47,712 nt of DNA from an uncultured Gammaproteobacteria bacterium (GCA_964418775.1 CAYQNA010000006.1:1-47712); one strand, 5' to 3'; numbered from the stretch's first letter, positions 15,595 through 24,065 are shown. Made by a program: numbers and translations. Notes: a model not told the origin generated them from the sequence alone.

Positions 15595-16197
15595 TTAGAG
15601 GTTGTAGCCTGGGGGTGTAAAAGTGCCAACACGTGCAAATGGCCACCCACGCAACCACACACGGCCTACGATTGCGGTTTCATTAATTGGACCAAAGCGG
15701 CGCGAGTCATAACTCGCATCGCGATTGTCCCCCATTACAAAATATTCGTTTTCATTAAGGGTGTACGTAACTGAACCCGGCGTTTCTTCGACCAAATATT
15801 TTTCTTCTAATACTTTGCCGTCCAGATGCTCGTCGTTGTACACGATAACTTTGTTGCCGTCAACCTTTACACGCTCGCCTGGCAAGGCAATCACGCGCTT
15901 CAGGTAAAAATCATTATTAATCGGGGAATGGAACACCACGACCTCGCCACGTTCTGGGGCTCGGAAGCGGTAGGACAATTCATCAATAATTAAATAATCA
16001 TGTTCTTCAAAATTTGGTTCCATTGACTGGCCTTTTACGTAAAAAGGCTTAAACAAAAAATAACGCACGAGCGCAATCGTAATACCAGCCAAAAAAGCGA
16101 TTTTAATCGCTTCCAGGAAAAAACTACCCACGCGGCTAACCCAGCTTTGCTCCACGACAACCTCTTCTGGCGGCACCTGATCTTCAGGGGTATTCAT
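15595..16197 (-). CDS. lepB: Signal peptidase I
   Basis: S26 motifs GQSMEPNF, YLKRVIALPGE and GDNRDASYDSR. The ATG at 16197 is preferred to the TTG at 16212 because the predicted -10 ends at 16224. Confidence 0.85.
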   Translation of the reverse strand: MNTPEDQVPPEEVVVEQSWVSRVGSFFLEAIKIAFLAGITIALVRYFLFKPFYVKGQSMEPNFEEHDYLIIDELSYRFRAPERGEVVVFHSPINNDFYLKRVIALPGERVKVDGNKVIVYNDEHLDGKVLEEKYLVEETPGSVTYTLNENEYFVMGDNRDASYDSRRFGPINETAIVGRVWLRGWPFARVGTFTPPGYNL

Positions 16198-16223
16198 AAC
16201 AAAAAAAGTCAATAACTAAGGCC

Positions 16224-16252
16224 AGTATAGCCGTTCTTTTGGGAAAAAGCAA
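16224..16252 (-). promoter_or_regulatory. Putative promoter of lepB (TTGCTT-N17-TATACT)
   Basis: On the minus strand the -35 is at 16252-16247 and the -10 at 16229-16224, with a 17-nt spacer. Confidence 0.4.
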
Positions 16253-16417
16253 TGCCTTTCGAACAGGGCAATGGAGGCGAGGCAAGATTCATAAAACAAA
16301 AAACTTTAATCCAGTTTATTGCAAAACCGAACTAAAGTTTTTCCTCCTTATCTTTCAGACAACGGTCCACTGCGCCCACGCGCTCGTGCCACTCCGTTGT
16401 CTGTTCGCGCTCACCCT

Positions 16418-16723
16418 TCACGCTCCCGGGTACCGATCCCGGGCCTCCGTGTCCGAGAGGGTGTCCTGACGCCGGAACAGATCGCCCCCCGCCCCGTCAA
16501 TAGGGGCGATGACCGCGTCCGGTGGCCGGCGCTCCACCTTGGTGGCACCATCCCGATGGTTGATGTACCACACGCCGTGGCCATCGATCTGGACCTTGAA
16601 GTGGGTCCAACCAAGATCCGGCACATACGCGTAGACTCCAGAATCTCGACACGTCGACAAGTCGACGTCCGGATAATTGATCCAGTAATCATTGTACCGG
16701 AAATTCCTCCTCTGCCCATTCAT
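16418..16723 (-). CDS. Orphan 101-aa hypothetical protein encoded in a GC-rich islet
   Basis: The ATG at 16723 is preceded by GGGAGG with a 6-nt spacer. Third codon positions are mostly G/C in this frame. There is no signal peptide and no family was recognised (MNGQRRNFRYNDYWINYPDVDL...). Other frames are also open, as expected for GC-rich DNA. Confidence 0.5.
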   Translation of the reverse strand: MNGQRRNFRYNDYWINYPDVDLSTCRDSGVYAYVPDLGWTHFKVQIDGHGVWYINHRDGATKVERRPPDAVIAPIDGAGGDLFRRQDTLSDTEARDRYPGA

Positions 16724-16843
16724 CACAGACCTCCCACGTCGCCAATAGCGACACCGAAAAAGACAAAGAAATACAATCACACTACGCAATTAATGTCAAT
16801 ACAAAAACAACCCCGATTAGGGGTGCTTTATTTTTATAAAATG

Positions 16844-16917
16844 TGGGCGTGCCAAGAGTCGAACTTGGGACCTTTACATTATCAGTGTAACGCTCTAACC
16901 AACTGAGCTACACGCCC
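16844..16917 (-). tRNA. tRNA-Ile (anticodon GAT)
   Basis: The reverse complement folds as a cloverleaf: GGGCGTG/TA/GCTC-AGTTGGTTA-GAGC/G/TTACA-CTGATAA-TGTAA/AGGTC/CCAAG-TTCGACT-CTTGG/CACGCCC/A. The CCA is not encoded. Confidence 0.9.
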
Positions 16918-16961
16918 GTAATAGGCAACAGTGTAACGCACTAAGTGCGTTTTGTCAACCG

Positions 16962-17035
16962 TGGACCAAAGAGGATTCGAACCTCTGACCTTCACAATGT
17001 CAATGTGACGCTCTAACCAACTGAGCTATTGGTCC
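16962..17035 (-). tRNA. tRNA-Val (anticodon GAC)
   Basis: The reverse complement folds as a cloverleaf: GGACCAA/TA/GCTC-AGTTGGTTA-GAGC/G/TCACA-TTGACAT-TGTGA/AGGTC/AGAGG-TTCGAAT-CCTCT/TTGGTCC/A. The CCA is not encoded. Confidence 0.9.
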
Positions 17036-17062
17036 CTACCCCGCCATTGGCGGGGTTTTGTT

Positions 17063-17446
17063 TTAGAAGTCGAGACCGTCGATGGCGCTGGTATCAACGT
17101 CGTCGAGGTTGGTGGCATTATTCTGCTGCTGAGCCTGTGGCTGAGCTGGGCGCTGTGAGCGGTCCTCACTGCGGTCGCGTTCAAAGCGTGGGCCACGACC
17201 ACCTTCTGGTTCATTAATTTTGAGGTTAACACTGGCATTGTTCTTGGCACCAACGACACGGAGCAAGGTGCGGATAGCGCGCACAGTCTGACCTTGACGG
17301 CCAATTACGTAACCGATATCACCGGCAGCCACATCGAGAGTGATAAGTACGCCGCGTTCGTCCACAGTGCGCGTGGTTTTAACGCCGTCTGGGTTATTTA
17401 CAATTGATTTCACTACGAATTCCAGAAACTGCTGATCTTGGTTCAT
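17063..17446 (-). CDS. khpA: KH-domain RNA-binding protein (KhpA/YlqC-like) with an acidic/Gln-rich C-terminal tail
   Basis: LEFVVKSIVNNPDGVKT...LDVAAGDIGYVIGRQGQTVRAIRTLLRV contains the GxxG KH motif. The ~50-aa tail is not typical of the family. Confidence 0.8.
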   Translation of the reverse strand: MNQDQQFLEFVVKSIVNNPDGVKTTRTVDERGVLITLDVAAGDIGYVIGRQGQTVRAIRTLLRVVGAKNNASVNLKINEPEGGRGPRFERDRSEDRSQRPAQPQAQQQNNATNLDDVDTSAIDGLDF

Positions 17447-17507
17447 ATCAAACTTACTTAATAAATACGTTGGGCCTGAGTGCGCTCCCGGGCCGCAATG
17501 TCAGCTT

Positions 17508-17536
17508 AGAATAGCAGAAGGTTGGCTCTGCGTCAA
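17508..17536 (-). promoter_or_regulatory. Putative promoter of the KH-domain gene (TTGACG-N17-TATTCT)
   Basis: On the minus strand the -35 is at 17536-17531 and the -10 at 17513-17508. It lies immediately after the rpsP terminator. Confidence 0.35.
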
Positions 17537-17561
17537 GAAAAAACTGCCCCGGGTGGGACAG
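17537..17561 (-). terminator. Intrinsic terminator after rpsP
   Basis: The minus strand reads CTGTCCC-ACCC-GGGGCAG followed by six U. The stem contains a U-G pair, so it only forms on the minus-strand RNA. Confidence 0.5.
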
Positions 17562-17574
17562 CTTTTCAGAAGTA

Positions 17575-17937
17575 TTAAGCGGCAGCTTCGGCTGGAGCCT
17601 CGGCGGCTTTGGCCTTTGCTTCGGCTTCGGCAGCCTTTTTGTCAGCCAGCTTCTTGCGACGCTTGGCATTCAAGGAAACAGGACCCTGTTTCTTGCCTTC
17701 GATCACACCCTGCGAAATGAGGAGGTTACTGACGGTTGGAGACATTTGCGCCCCGACCGAAATCCAGTGCTTAATGCGTTCTGGTTTCAGGTTAACGAGC
17801 GGTGGATTTTGCACTGGGTTGTAATTGCCCAGAATTTCCAAACTGCCGTATTGAGTGTCGCGGTGTTTTTCCGAAACAATCAAACGGTAGGTTGGCTGCT
17901 TGAGCTTACCCAAGCGCTGTAAACGAATCATCAACAT
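17575..17937 (-). CDS. rpsP: 30S ribosomal protein S16 with a Lys/Ala/Glu-rich C-terminal tail
   Basis: MLMIRLQRLGKLKQPTYRLIVSEKHRDTQYGSLEILGNYNP is canonical S16. The tail is KRRKKLADKKAAEAEAKAKAAEAPAEAAA. Confidence 0.9.
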   Translation of the reverse strand: MLMIRLQRLGKLKQPTYRLIVSEKHRDTQYGSLEILGNYNPVQNPPLVNLKPERIKHWISVGAQMSPTVSNLLISQGVIEGKKQGPVSLNAKRRKKLADKKAAEAEAKAKAAEAPAEAAA

Positions 17938-17984
17938 ACCAAAGGTTTAATAAAAGCAGAGCGTGTGACGGACTCATGGGGCCT

Positions 17985-18013
17985 ATAATAGCCCAAAGCC
18001 AGGGTTTTGTCAA
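17985..18013 (-). promoter_or_regulatory. Putative promoter of rpsP (TTGACA-N17-TATTAT), overlapping the smc stop codon
   Basis: On the minus strand the -35 is at 18013-18008 and the -10 at 17990-17985, with a 17-nt spacer. Confidence 0.5.
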
Positions 18014-21000
18014 GCTTTGACCGGCGTTGCGGCCTGGGCTGCCTCGGCCATATTCACGCTTACCAGGCGACTAACCCCGTCGTTGCCCATGGTGACGCCA
18101 TAAAGGACGTCAGCCGCGTGCATGGTGGTGCGGTTGTGGGTAATCAGGATGAACTGGGAACGGGTGGCGAGTTCTTGCAAAATGCGGGTAAAGCGGAGCG
18201 TATTGGCCTCGTCCAAAGCCGCCTCAACTTCGTCCAAAAAGACAAATGGCGGCGGGTTGGTGTGGAGGATGGCGCAAACCAAGGCAATCGAGGTCAGGGT
18301 GCGCTCACCACCCGAGAGGGCTGCCAGGTTCGTAATTTTCTTACCTGGTGGACAGGCAGTGACTTCAATCCCAGTCAAAATCTTGGTTTTAGCCGGACCA
18401 GTCGCTTCCACTTCCTCGACCACTTCCCCACCATCTTCGCCTTCAACTGCTTTTTCGTCTGGCGTGCTATACACCTCAATCAATTCCGCCTTACCGCCCT
18501 CAAACAAAATACTAAAGTAACGACTAAATTCTTTTTTAATTTTACTAAACGCCTGCGCGTGTTTTTTCTTCATCACTTCATCAAGCTCAGCAATTAATTG
18601 TGTAATGTCGGCCGCGGCTTTTTTCAAATCATTTAATTCTGTAGTCAAACCTTCAAAGCGCGCATTCGCAGTTTCATACTCGCGTAAGACCTCTTCATCA
18701 ATGCCACCAATTTGACTGAGTTTGTATTTTAATTTCTCAATCTCATCTTTAGCTTCGCGCAATTCTTCGGCTGACAAAACTCCACCAACACGTTGCTCGA
18801 GAATGCCTGGCTGTTCTTTTAATTCATTGAAAATTTCATTGGCCAAATCTTCGCGACGCGTTTGTAATTTAACTAATTCAATTTGCACGGCGTTTTTGTC
18901 ACCCGCAACTTTGTTTAAATCTGCTTGCGCAATTTGCATTTCGTCTTGGAGCGTAAACACGCGCTGGCGCTTGTGTTCGGCCGCCGCATTCAATGACGCA
19001 ATTTCCGCTGCCACCGCAGCCACATCAGCTTCGGCCTGCGCAATCTTGGTTGCTACAGCTTCTTTTTCCTCGGCCAAACGTGCCATGAGTGTGCTATATT
19101 CCTCGGGGTTGAGTGAATACATGGACAACTCGGATTCGAGCGCGGAAATTTCTTGAGCCGAGGCAACATCTTGCGCCACCAATAATTCAATCCGCTGCTG
19201 ACGCGTGGTCGCATTGGTTTGGGCTGTAAATACAGCCTGTTGTGCGGCCGTGCGTGCGGTTTCAATTTCACTTAATTCTCGTTGAATGCTCGCAATTTCT
19301 TGTTGGAATGTTTCCGCACTATCCGAAATTGCGGTGCCAGCGCTGGCCGCAAAATGCAAACCAACGGCCGTGCGACGACGGAAGCCACCTTTCATTGAAC
19401 CACTGGTTTCGAGCAAATCACCATCGAGCGTGACCATACGCACGCGGCCAATCCCCACGTTGCGCGCCACCTCAATATCATCCACGACAATCGTGGCGCC
19501 ATAAATAAATGTAAAAATATCTTTAAATTCCTGGCGATATTTCAAAAGGTCAGTGGCCAAACCGCGCACGCCAGGCTGGTGCAAAATATAATCAATATCA
19601 TGCGGTAGTGGACGGGGGCGAATTTTATTGAGTGGCAAAAATGTGGCCACACCAAGTTGCGCTTGTTTCAAAAAATTAATCGCGCGTTCGGCCACTCGGT
19701 CGTCTTCTACAACTAATGATGAGAGGTGCGAACCAGCCGCAACTTCAAGCGCCAAACGCAATTCTTCGCGCGCAGTCGCGAGTTGCGCCACAAGTCCATG
19801 CACAGTGCCACCAAATTGATGTTGGTGCTGCAACACTGCTTGCGCACTGCGGAGTCCAGTCAGTGACAGATCCTGTTCAGTTTGGCGTGCGTCAAATAAT
19901 TTCTTTTCCGCTGCGCTGCGACGCGTTTCGGCCGCTAATTTTTTGGTTTCCAAATCAGCGAGCAAATTTGTTTTGGCCTGAGCTTCGGCCTGGGCCGCAG
20001 CCAATTGTTTTTTGGCCGCTTCTAAATCGGTTCGGCTAATGGCCGCACGTTGCTGCAAATCCGCAATTTTCTGCTCCAACCAAGCCACATTGTGGCGACC
20101 AGCTTTGGCATATTCGGTTTGCAATTTACCAGCCAACACCGAACGCTCGCGCTCAAACTCATTTTTTTGATTTACCAAATTTTGGTGCTTGTTTTGCAAG
20201 TCATTAAATTGTTCTTGTTGCGAAGCTTCGCGCGCTAACTCGGCGAGCTCGCCCTGAATGCGCGCTAATTTTTCGTGCGCCGCCGCATACCCGCGGTCCA
20301 GCACGGTTATTTTTTGATCATATTCAGCCATGTGCACGGACAGGCTGCGATATTGATTCGCATAATAGCGCTCTTGTGTTTCGCGCAGTGCCACCTCAAC
20401 TTCCTGACGTTCCTCGAGCTTTTTGACCTGACGACGCAAACTCTTTAGATGCGGTTCAACTTCTTGGAGCAAACGATCCGCCTCGCGAATATGTTCGTGC
20501 GTGCGCGTTAATTTTAAATACGCGTGATGACGCTTGAGCTGGAATTCCTTAATTCCAACTGCTTCGTCAAAAAATGATTTACGCTCGGTCGCGGTCTGCA
20601 AGAGTAACCGATCGATCATGCCCTGCCCGACCACACCATACGAGGAGTGACCAAACTGGGCCTGCGCGAGCACAATTTGCAAATCAAGCAAACGAACTGG
20701 ATTACCATTAATCAAATATTCACTTTCGCCCGTGCGGTACAAACGACGCGTTAATACGAGCTCTTCGTAATCAAGGCCGGCACGCTTGTCACTGTTGTCG
20801 AGCACCATGCTAACGCTGGCCAAACTCATTTTGCCGCGCCCCTCAGACCCGCCAAAAATCACGTCCTCGCTTTTCTTGCCGCGCAATTGCTTTAAACTCT
20901 GTTCACCGAGCACCCAACGAATCGCGTCGGCGGTATTACTTTTACCACTGCCATTTGGCCCCACAATGCCCGTAATACCAAAACGCCCGTCAGCTGGAGC

Positions 21001-21069
21001 GGGAAAGGTCAGTGTAGTGGTATTGGCAAACGACTTAAAGCCGGCGATTTCCAATTTCTTGAGGTACAT
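18010..21069 (-). CDS. smc: Chromosome segregation protein SMC (short form, ~1,019 aa)
   Basis: Contains the N-terminal Walker A GPNGSGKSN, long coiled coils, a hinge (GLATDLL...), the C-terminal signature LSGGERTL and Walker B FVFLDEVEAALD. The ATG at 21069 (MYLKKLEIAGFKSF) is preferred to the track start at 21111. Confidence 0.9.
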   Translation of the reverse strand: MYLKKLEIAGFKSFANTTTLTFPAPADGRFGITGIVGPNGSGKSNTADAIRWVLGEQSLKQLRGKKSEDVIFGGSEGRGKMSLASVSMVLDNSDKRAGLDYEELVLTRRLYRTGESEYLINGNPVRLLDLQIVLAQAQFGHSSYGVVGQGMIDRLLLQTATERKSFFDEAVGIKEFQLKRHHAYLKLTRTHEHIREADRLLQEVEPHLKSLRRQVKKLEERQEVEVALRETQERYYANQYRSLSVHMAEYDQKITVLDRGYAAAHEKLARIQGELAELAREASQQEQFNDLQNKHQNLVNQKNEFERERSVLAGKLQTEYAKAGRHNVAWLEQKIADLQQRAAISRTDLEAAKKQLAAAQAEAQAKTNLLADLETKKLAAETRRSAAEKKLFDARQTEQDLSLTGLRSAQAVLQHQHQFGGTVHGLVAQLATAREELRLALEVAAGSHLSSLVVEDDRVAERAINFLKQAQLGVATFLPLNKIRPRPLPHDIDYILHQPGVRGLATDLLKYRQEFKDIFTFIYGATIVVDDIEVARNVGIGRVRMVTLDGDLLETSGSMKGGFRRRTAVGLHFAASAGTAISDSAETFQQEIASIQRELSEIETARTAAQQAVFTAQTNATTRQQRIELLVAQDVASAQEISALESELSMYSLNPEEYSTLMARLAEEKEAVATKIAQAEADVAAVAAEIASLNAAAEHKRQRVFTLQDEMQIAQADLNKVAGDKNAVQIELVKLQTRREDLANEIFNELKEQPGILEQRVGGVLSAEELREAKDEIEKLKYKLSQIGGIDEEVLREYETANARFEGLTTELNDLKKAAADITQLIAELDEVMKKKHAQAFSKIKKEFSRYFSILFEGGKAELIEVYSTPDEKAVEGEDGGEVVEEVEATGPAKTKILTGIEVTACPPGKKITNLAALSGGERTLTSIALVCAILHTNPPPFVFLDEVEAALDEANTLRFTRILQELATRSQFILITHNRTTMHAADVLYGVTMGNDGVSRLVSVNMAEAAQAATPVKA

Positions 21070-21141
21070 AGCGTAGGGCCTAGTATAGCAACTTGCCGCC
21101 CTGATTGGCAAGGTATATCATTCCCTCATAACTTTATCCTT

Positions 21142-22242
21142 ATGCCTGAACAATCTCGTGAAATTAGAAGAATAGTAGCCGAAGTCGGTGCTGAATCTGT
21201 CGCACGTTGGCAGGAACAAATTGTTAATCCGGAATTAACTGAAGCTCCACACCTGGAATTGAGTCCCCGTGCCCAAGCACAGCTAGCCGAGCTTATAAAC
21301 AAACTAAACCAAAACGACCGTCCTGCTGTCATCGCTGTCATTCGTTGTTGGAATAAAAGCGAAGGCGACCTAAAAGCACTCCAAACCAAATTGAAAACCA
21401 TGCGTGCGCAAATACCTGAACTAGCCGGTGCGCTTATTGCCATTAATGCGGACCAAGATATAAAAAATACCGCCGCAACAATTGAATCACTGGAACAAGA
21501 TCAAATCCCTTTAATTACCGCCCCAGTGCGCGGGTATAGCTGGACTGCTGGTTTGAATGGTCCGGCTGCTCTACTTCATGCGGGCCTCAAAAGCAGCCCA
21601 CAAACTCTGGCAAAAACCGAAATCCTAAATGTATCGTTTGACGCTGACATTCCTGACAGCAGTTTGAAAGTGCTTCACACTGCAGCGGCCAATAGTGAGC
21701 CCGCCTTATCAGTACGTATCGAAGAGTCTGTTACTGATCCAGAACACGCAGCCATTGTAAAAGAAGAATATGAAGAAGAAATTAAAGCCTTGTTTAGAAC
21801 AACACGTGATTTAATTACAAACAAGGACACCTCTGACGAGGATCGAGCCCGGGTCATTGAACTCCAAGGAAAAGCCTTGGCCATCCTTTGTCGGAATACC
21901 AATCTAATGGCTCCCTTGGCCGACATTGCCAAAGCCGGTGGTTTTGACCCATTTTGCAATGGTGCAGGCGGCATGGAAGACCACGACTTTTTGTGGCGCC
22001 TTAGTTTTGCCTCTGACCCAAATACCCAACAGGCATACCGCAACGCTCTGCAAGACCCGGTTTTCTTTCAAGACACAGCCTGGAATGCCACCGATGAGTC
22101 CAAGCAGGATAAACGTGATTTTAAATATGGCCACGAAGTAAAGGCTTTACAGACAATTGTAGCCCGACTTGCTCGCTCTATCCAAGCCGGCAATATAGAG
22201 GGGCTGCGAGTTGCTCAAAATCAGCAGGACTTCCGGTTCTAA
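21142..22242 (+). CDS. Hypothetical protein, possibly a divergent GT-A-fold (GT2-like) glycosyltransferase
   Basis: 366-aa ORF. The layout is weakly GT-A-like: beta-strand VIAVIRCWNKSEGDL, then INADQD, then GYSWTAGLNGPAA, then a DxD-like SFDADI, then GGMEDHDFLWRL (compare the common GT2 motif gEDxDLxxRl). No search was run. Confidence 0.55.
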   Translation: MPEQSREIRRIVAEVGAESVARWQEQIVNPELTEAPHLELSPRAQAQLAELINKLNQNDRPAVIAVIRCWNKSEGDLKALQTKLKTMRAQIPELAGALIAINADQDIKNTAATIESLEQDQIPLITAPVRGYSWTAGLNGPAALLHAGLKSSPQTLAKTEILNVSFDADIPDSSLKVLHTAAANSEPALSVRIEESVTDPEHAAIVKEEYEEEIKALFRTTRDLITNKDTSDEDRARVIELQGKALAILCRNTNLMAPLADIAKAGGFDPFCNGAGGMEDHDFLWRLSFASDPNTQQAYRNALQDPVFFQDTAWNATDESKQDKRDFKYGHEVKALQTIVARLARSIQAGNIEGLRVAQNQQDFRF

Positions 22243-22252
22243 GGGCACAGGC

Positions 22253-22281
22253 TTGACAGGGGTCGCAAATCTAGCTATACT
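22253..22281 (+). promoter_or_regulatory. Putative promoter of the DHH phosphoesterase gene (TTGACA-N17-TATACT)
   Basis: -35 at 22253-22258 and -10 at 22276-22281, with a 17-nt spacer. Confidence 0.5.
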
Positions 22282-22302
22282 GGCCAGCTTGCTCGACCTC
22301 TT

Positions 22303-23283
22303 ATGCACCGTTTATTTCGCCAAATTCACACCCACCTCCGGGGCGCCACGCGGGTCCTGATTATCCCGCACCAAAACCCGGACGGCGATGCCCTGGGCGC
22401 AGCCACGGCCCTGGCTGAGTTTTTGCACCTGCACAATATTCCGCGCCGGATTTTTTGTGCCACCCCAGCCAGTACGCATTTTGACTATCTCCCCCACATC
22501 GAAATTTTGACTAATGACCCGGCCGTGTGGCAGGAAGAATTTTCGCATATTGTGGTGGTGGACTCAGGCGACCCAATCTACGCTGGCATTGCCGATCACT
22601 TGGCCGCTCTAACAATCCGCCCCACTATTATCAACATTGACCACCACCCTACTAACCAACATTACGGCGACGTGAATTTGGTTGTACCGACGGCCTCATC
22701 AACCAACGAAATTTTATACCAACTATTCACTCACAACCGCGTCCCAATTACGGCCCACATGGCCACCTCGCTCATGACTGGTCTGCTCACGGACACCGGC
22801 ACATTTACCAATGGCGGTACTACCAAACTCGCCTTATGGATCGGCAGTGAGCTGATCAAAAAAGGTGCTGACTGGGCCCAAATTAAAAATTACGTTATCC
22901 GCGACAAAAATTTACCCACATTAAAATTGTGGGGTGAAGTGCTGACACGCCTCACACATGACGAAGCGAGCGACGTAGTGTACACGTGGATCACCCAAGA
23001 CGATTATAAAAAATTTGACGTAGCCCCAGGTGCGAGCGAAGGGATGTCGAATTTGTTGAACTATTTAAGCGATGGTTCGGCTGCACTAGTGGTCGAAGAA
23101 CGTGCCGATGGTCAAGTTAAGGGCAGCTTCCGCACCACGCACGAGGGCGTGAACGTGGCTGCCTGGGCCAAAGCCCTTGGTGGTGGCGGACACATCAAAG
23201 CGGCTGGCTTCCGCACCCCTGGCCCACTTGCCGAGGCCATCCCCCGCATTCTGGCAATCGCTACCGCCTCCCGCCAATCATAA
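22303..23283 (+). CDS. nrnA: DHH/DHHA1 family phosphoesterase (NrnA-like oligoribonuclease / pAp phosphatase)
   Basis: Motifs HQNPDGDALGA, VVDSGD, NIDHHPTN, LLTDTGTF and the DHHA1 motif GGGHIKAAGF. Confidence 0.85.
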   Translation: MHRLFRQIHTHLRGATRVLIIPHQNPDGDALGAATALAEFLHLHNIPRRIFCATPASTHFDYLPHIEILTNDPAVWQEEFSHIVVVDSGDPIYAGIADHLAALTIRPTIINIDHHPTNQHYGDVNLVVPTASSTNEILYQLFTHNRVPITAHMATSLMTGLLTDTGTFTNGGTTKLALWIGSELIKKGADWAQIKNYVIRDKNLPTLKLWGEVLTRLTHDEASDVVYTWITQDDYKKFDVAPGASEGMSNLLNYLSDGSAALVVEERADGQVKGSFRTTHEGVNVAAWAKALGGGGHIKAAGFRTPGPLAEAIPRILAIATASRQS

Positions 23284-23287
23284 ACCT

Positions 23288-23316
23288 TTGACTAAATTAC
23301 CAAAAAACCATACTAT
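23288..23316 (+). promoter_or_regulatory. Putative clpP promoter (TTGACT-N17-TACTAT)
   Basis: -35 at 23288-23293 and -10 at 23311-23316. The -10 lies inside the upstream terminator hairpin. Confidence 0.4.
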
Positions 23317-23332
23317 AGACGTATGGTTTTTT
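23302..23332 (+). terminator. Intrinsic terminator after the DHH phosphoesterase gene
   Basis: ACCATAC-(7-nt loop)-GTATGGT followed by TTTTT. Confidence 0.5.
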
Positions 23333-23348
23333 AATTTCTGATTTGCGT

Positions 23349-23942
23349 ATGTCTGATATCTCGGCCAACTATTTAATTCCAACCGTAATTGAAAAAACCA
23401 ATTACGGCGAACGTGCCTACGATATTTACTCGCGCCTACTCAAGGACCGGATTATTTTTCTAGGCACAGCGATCGATGACCAGGTTGCCAACGCCGTCAT
23501 TGCCCAGCTCCTGTTCCTGGCGAACCAAGATCCAGAAAAAGATATTAAATTGTATATCAACTCGCCTGGTGGCTCGGTGACAGCGGGCATGGCGATTTAC
23601 GACACCATGCAGCACATTAAGCCAGATGTTTCGACCACAGTCGTTGGCCTCGCCGCTAGCATGGCTTCGGTCCTCCTGGCCGCTGGTGCCAAAGGCAAAC
23701 GCTTCTGCCTCCCAAACAGCGAAGTGATGATTCACCAAGTCCTTGGCGGTGCCCAAGGCCAAGCCAGTGATATCAAAATTCACGCTGAACGAATCCTTAA
23801 AATCAAGGACCACCTTAACGCCATCTTAGCCAAACACACTGGCCAACCACTCGACAAAATCGAACGCGACACTGACCGTGACAACTTTATGAGCAGTACC
23901 GAAGCCGTAGCCTATGGCTTGGCTGACCAGGTGATTGAATAA
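23349..23942 (+). CDS. clpP: ATP-dependent Clp protease proteolytic subunit
   Basis: [30 protein letters not shown], the active-site context GLAASMAS, and MIHQ. The ATG at 23349 is preferred to the TTG at 23343. Confidence 0.9.
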   Translation: MSDISANYLIPTVIEKTNYGERAYDIYSRLLKDRIIFLGTAIDDQVANAVIAQLLFLANQDPEKDIKLYINSPGGSVTAGMAIYDTMQHIKPDVSTTVVGLAASMASVLLAAGAKGKRFCLPNSEVMIHQVLGGAQGQASDIKIHAERILKIKDHLNAILAKHTGQPLDKIERDTDRDNFMSSTEAVAYGLADQVIE

Positions 23943-23950
23943 TTAAAATC

Positions 23951-23973
23951 AAAAAACCACCCTATAGTGGTGG
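23951..23973 (-). terminator. Hairpin with a U-run on the minus strand only (possible second minus-strand terminator)
   Basis: The minus strand reads CCACC-ACTATAG-GGTGG-TTTTTT. On the plus strand the hairpin is followed by CTCTTGCG, which is a poor terminator. Confidence 0.3.
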
Positions 23974-24065
23974 CTCTTGCGACGTTTAGTAAGCGTAGTA
24001 GCGGCGAGTGTCGTGCGTCAAAAATAGGTGTTCAGTCTACTCGGCTGGGCTTACATTGCATTGTA

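Noticed and set aside
16230-16843. Calling the GC-rich islets (16.3-16.8 kb and 38.9-40.5 kb) mobile elements or integrated islands with att sites.
   Set aside because: There is no integrase, transposase or recombinase, and I found no direct repeat of the tRNA 3' ends at the distal borders. They are reported only as compositional anomalies.
16319-16906. 195-aa plus-strand ORF spanning the GC-rich islet, and a competing minus-frame ORF at 16411..16719.
   Set aside because: The plus ORF runs through the tRNA-Ile gene and has no RBS. GC-rich DNA keeps several frames open. Only the 16418..16723 frame has a strong SD and a G/C-biased third position.
16918-16961. Hairpin AACGCAC-TAA-GTGCGTT in the spacer between tRNA-Ile and tRNA-Val, and CCCCGCC-ATTG-GCGGGG next to tRNA-Val (17039..17056).
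   Set aside because: These are most simply processing or terminator-type structures of the tRNA/KH-gene transcripts. Nothing distinguishes them further.
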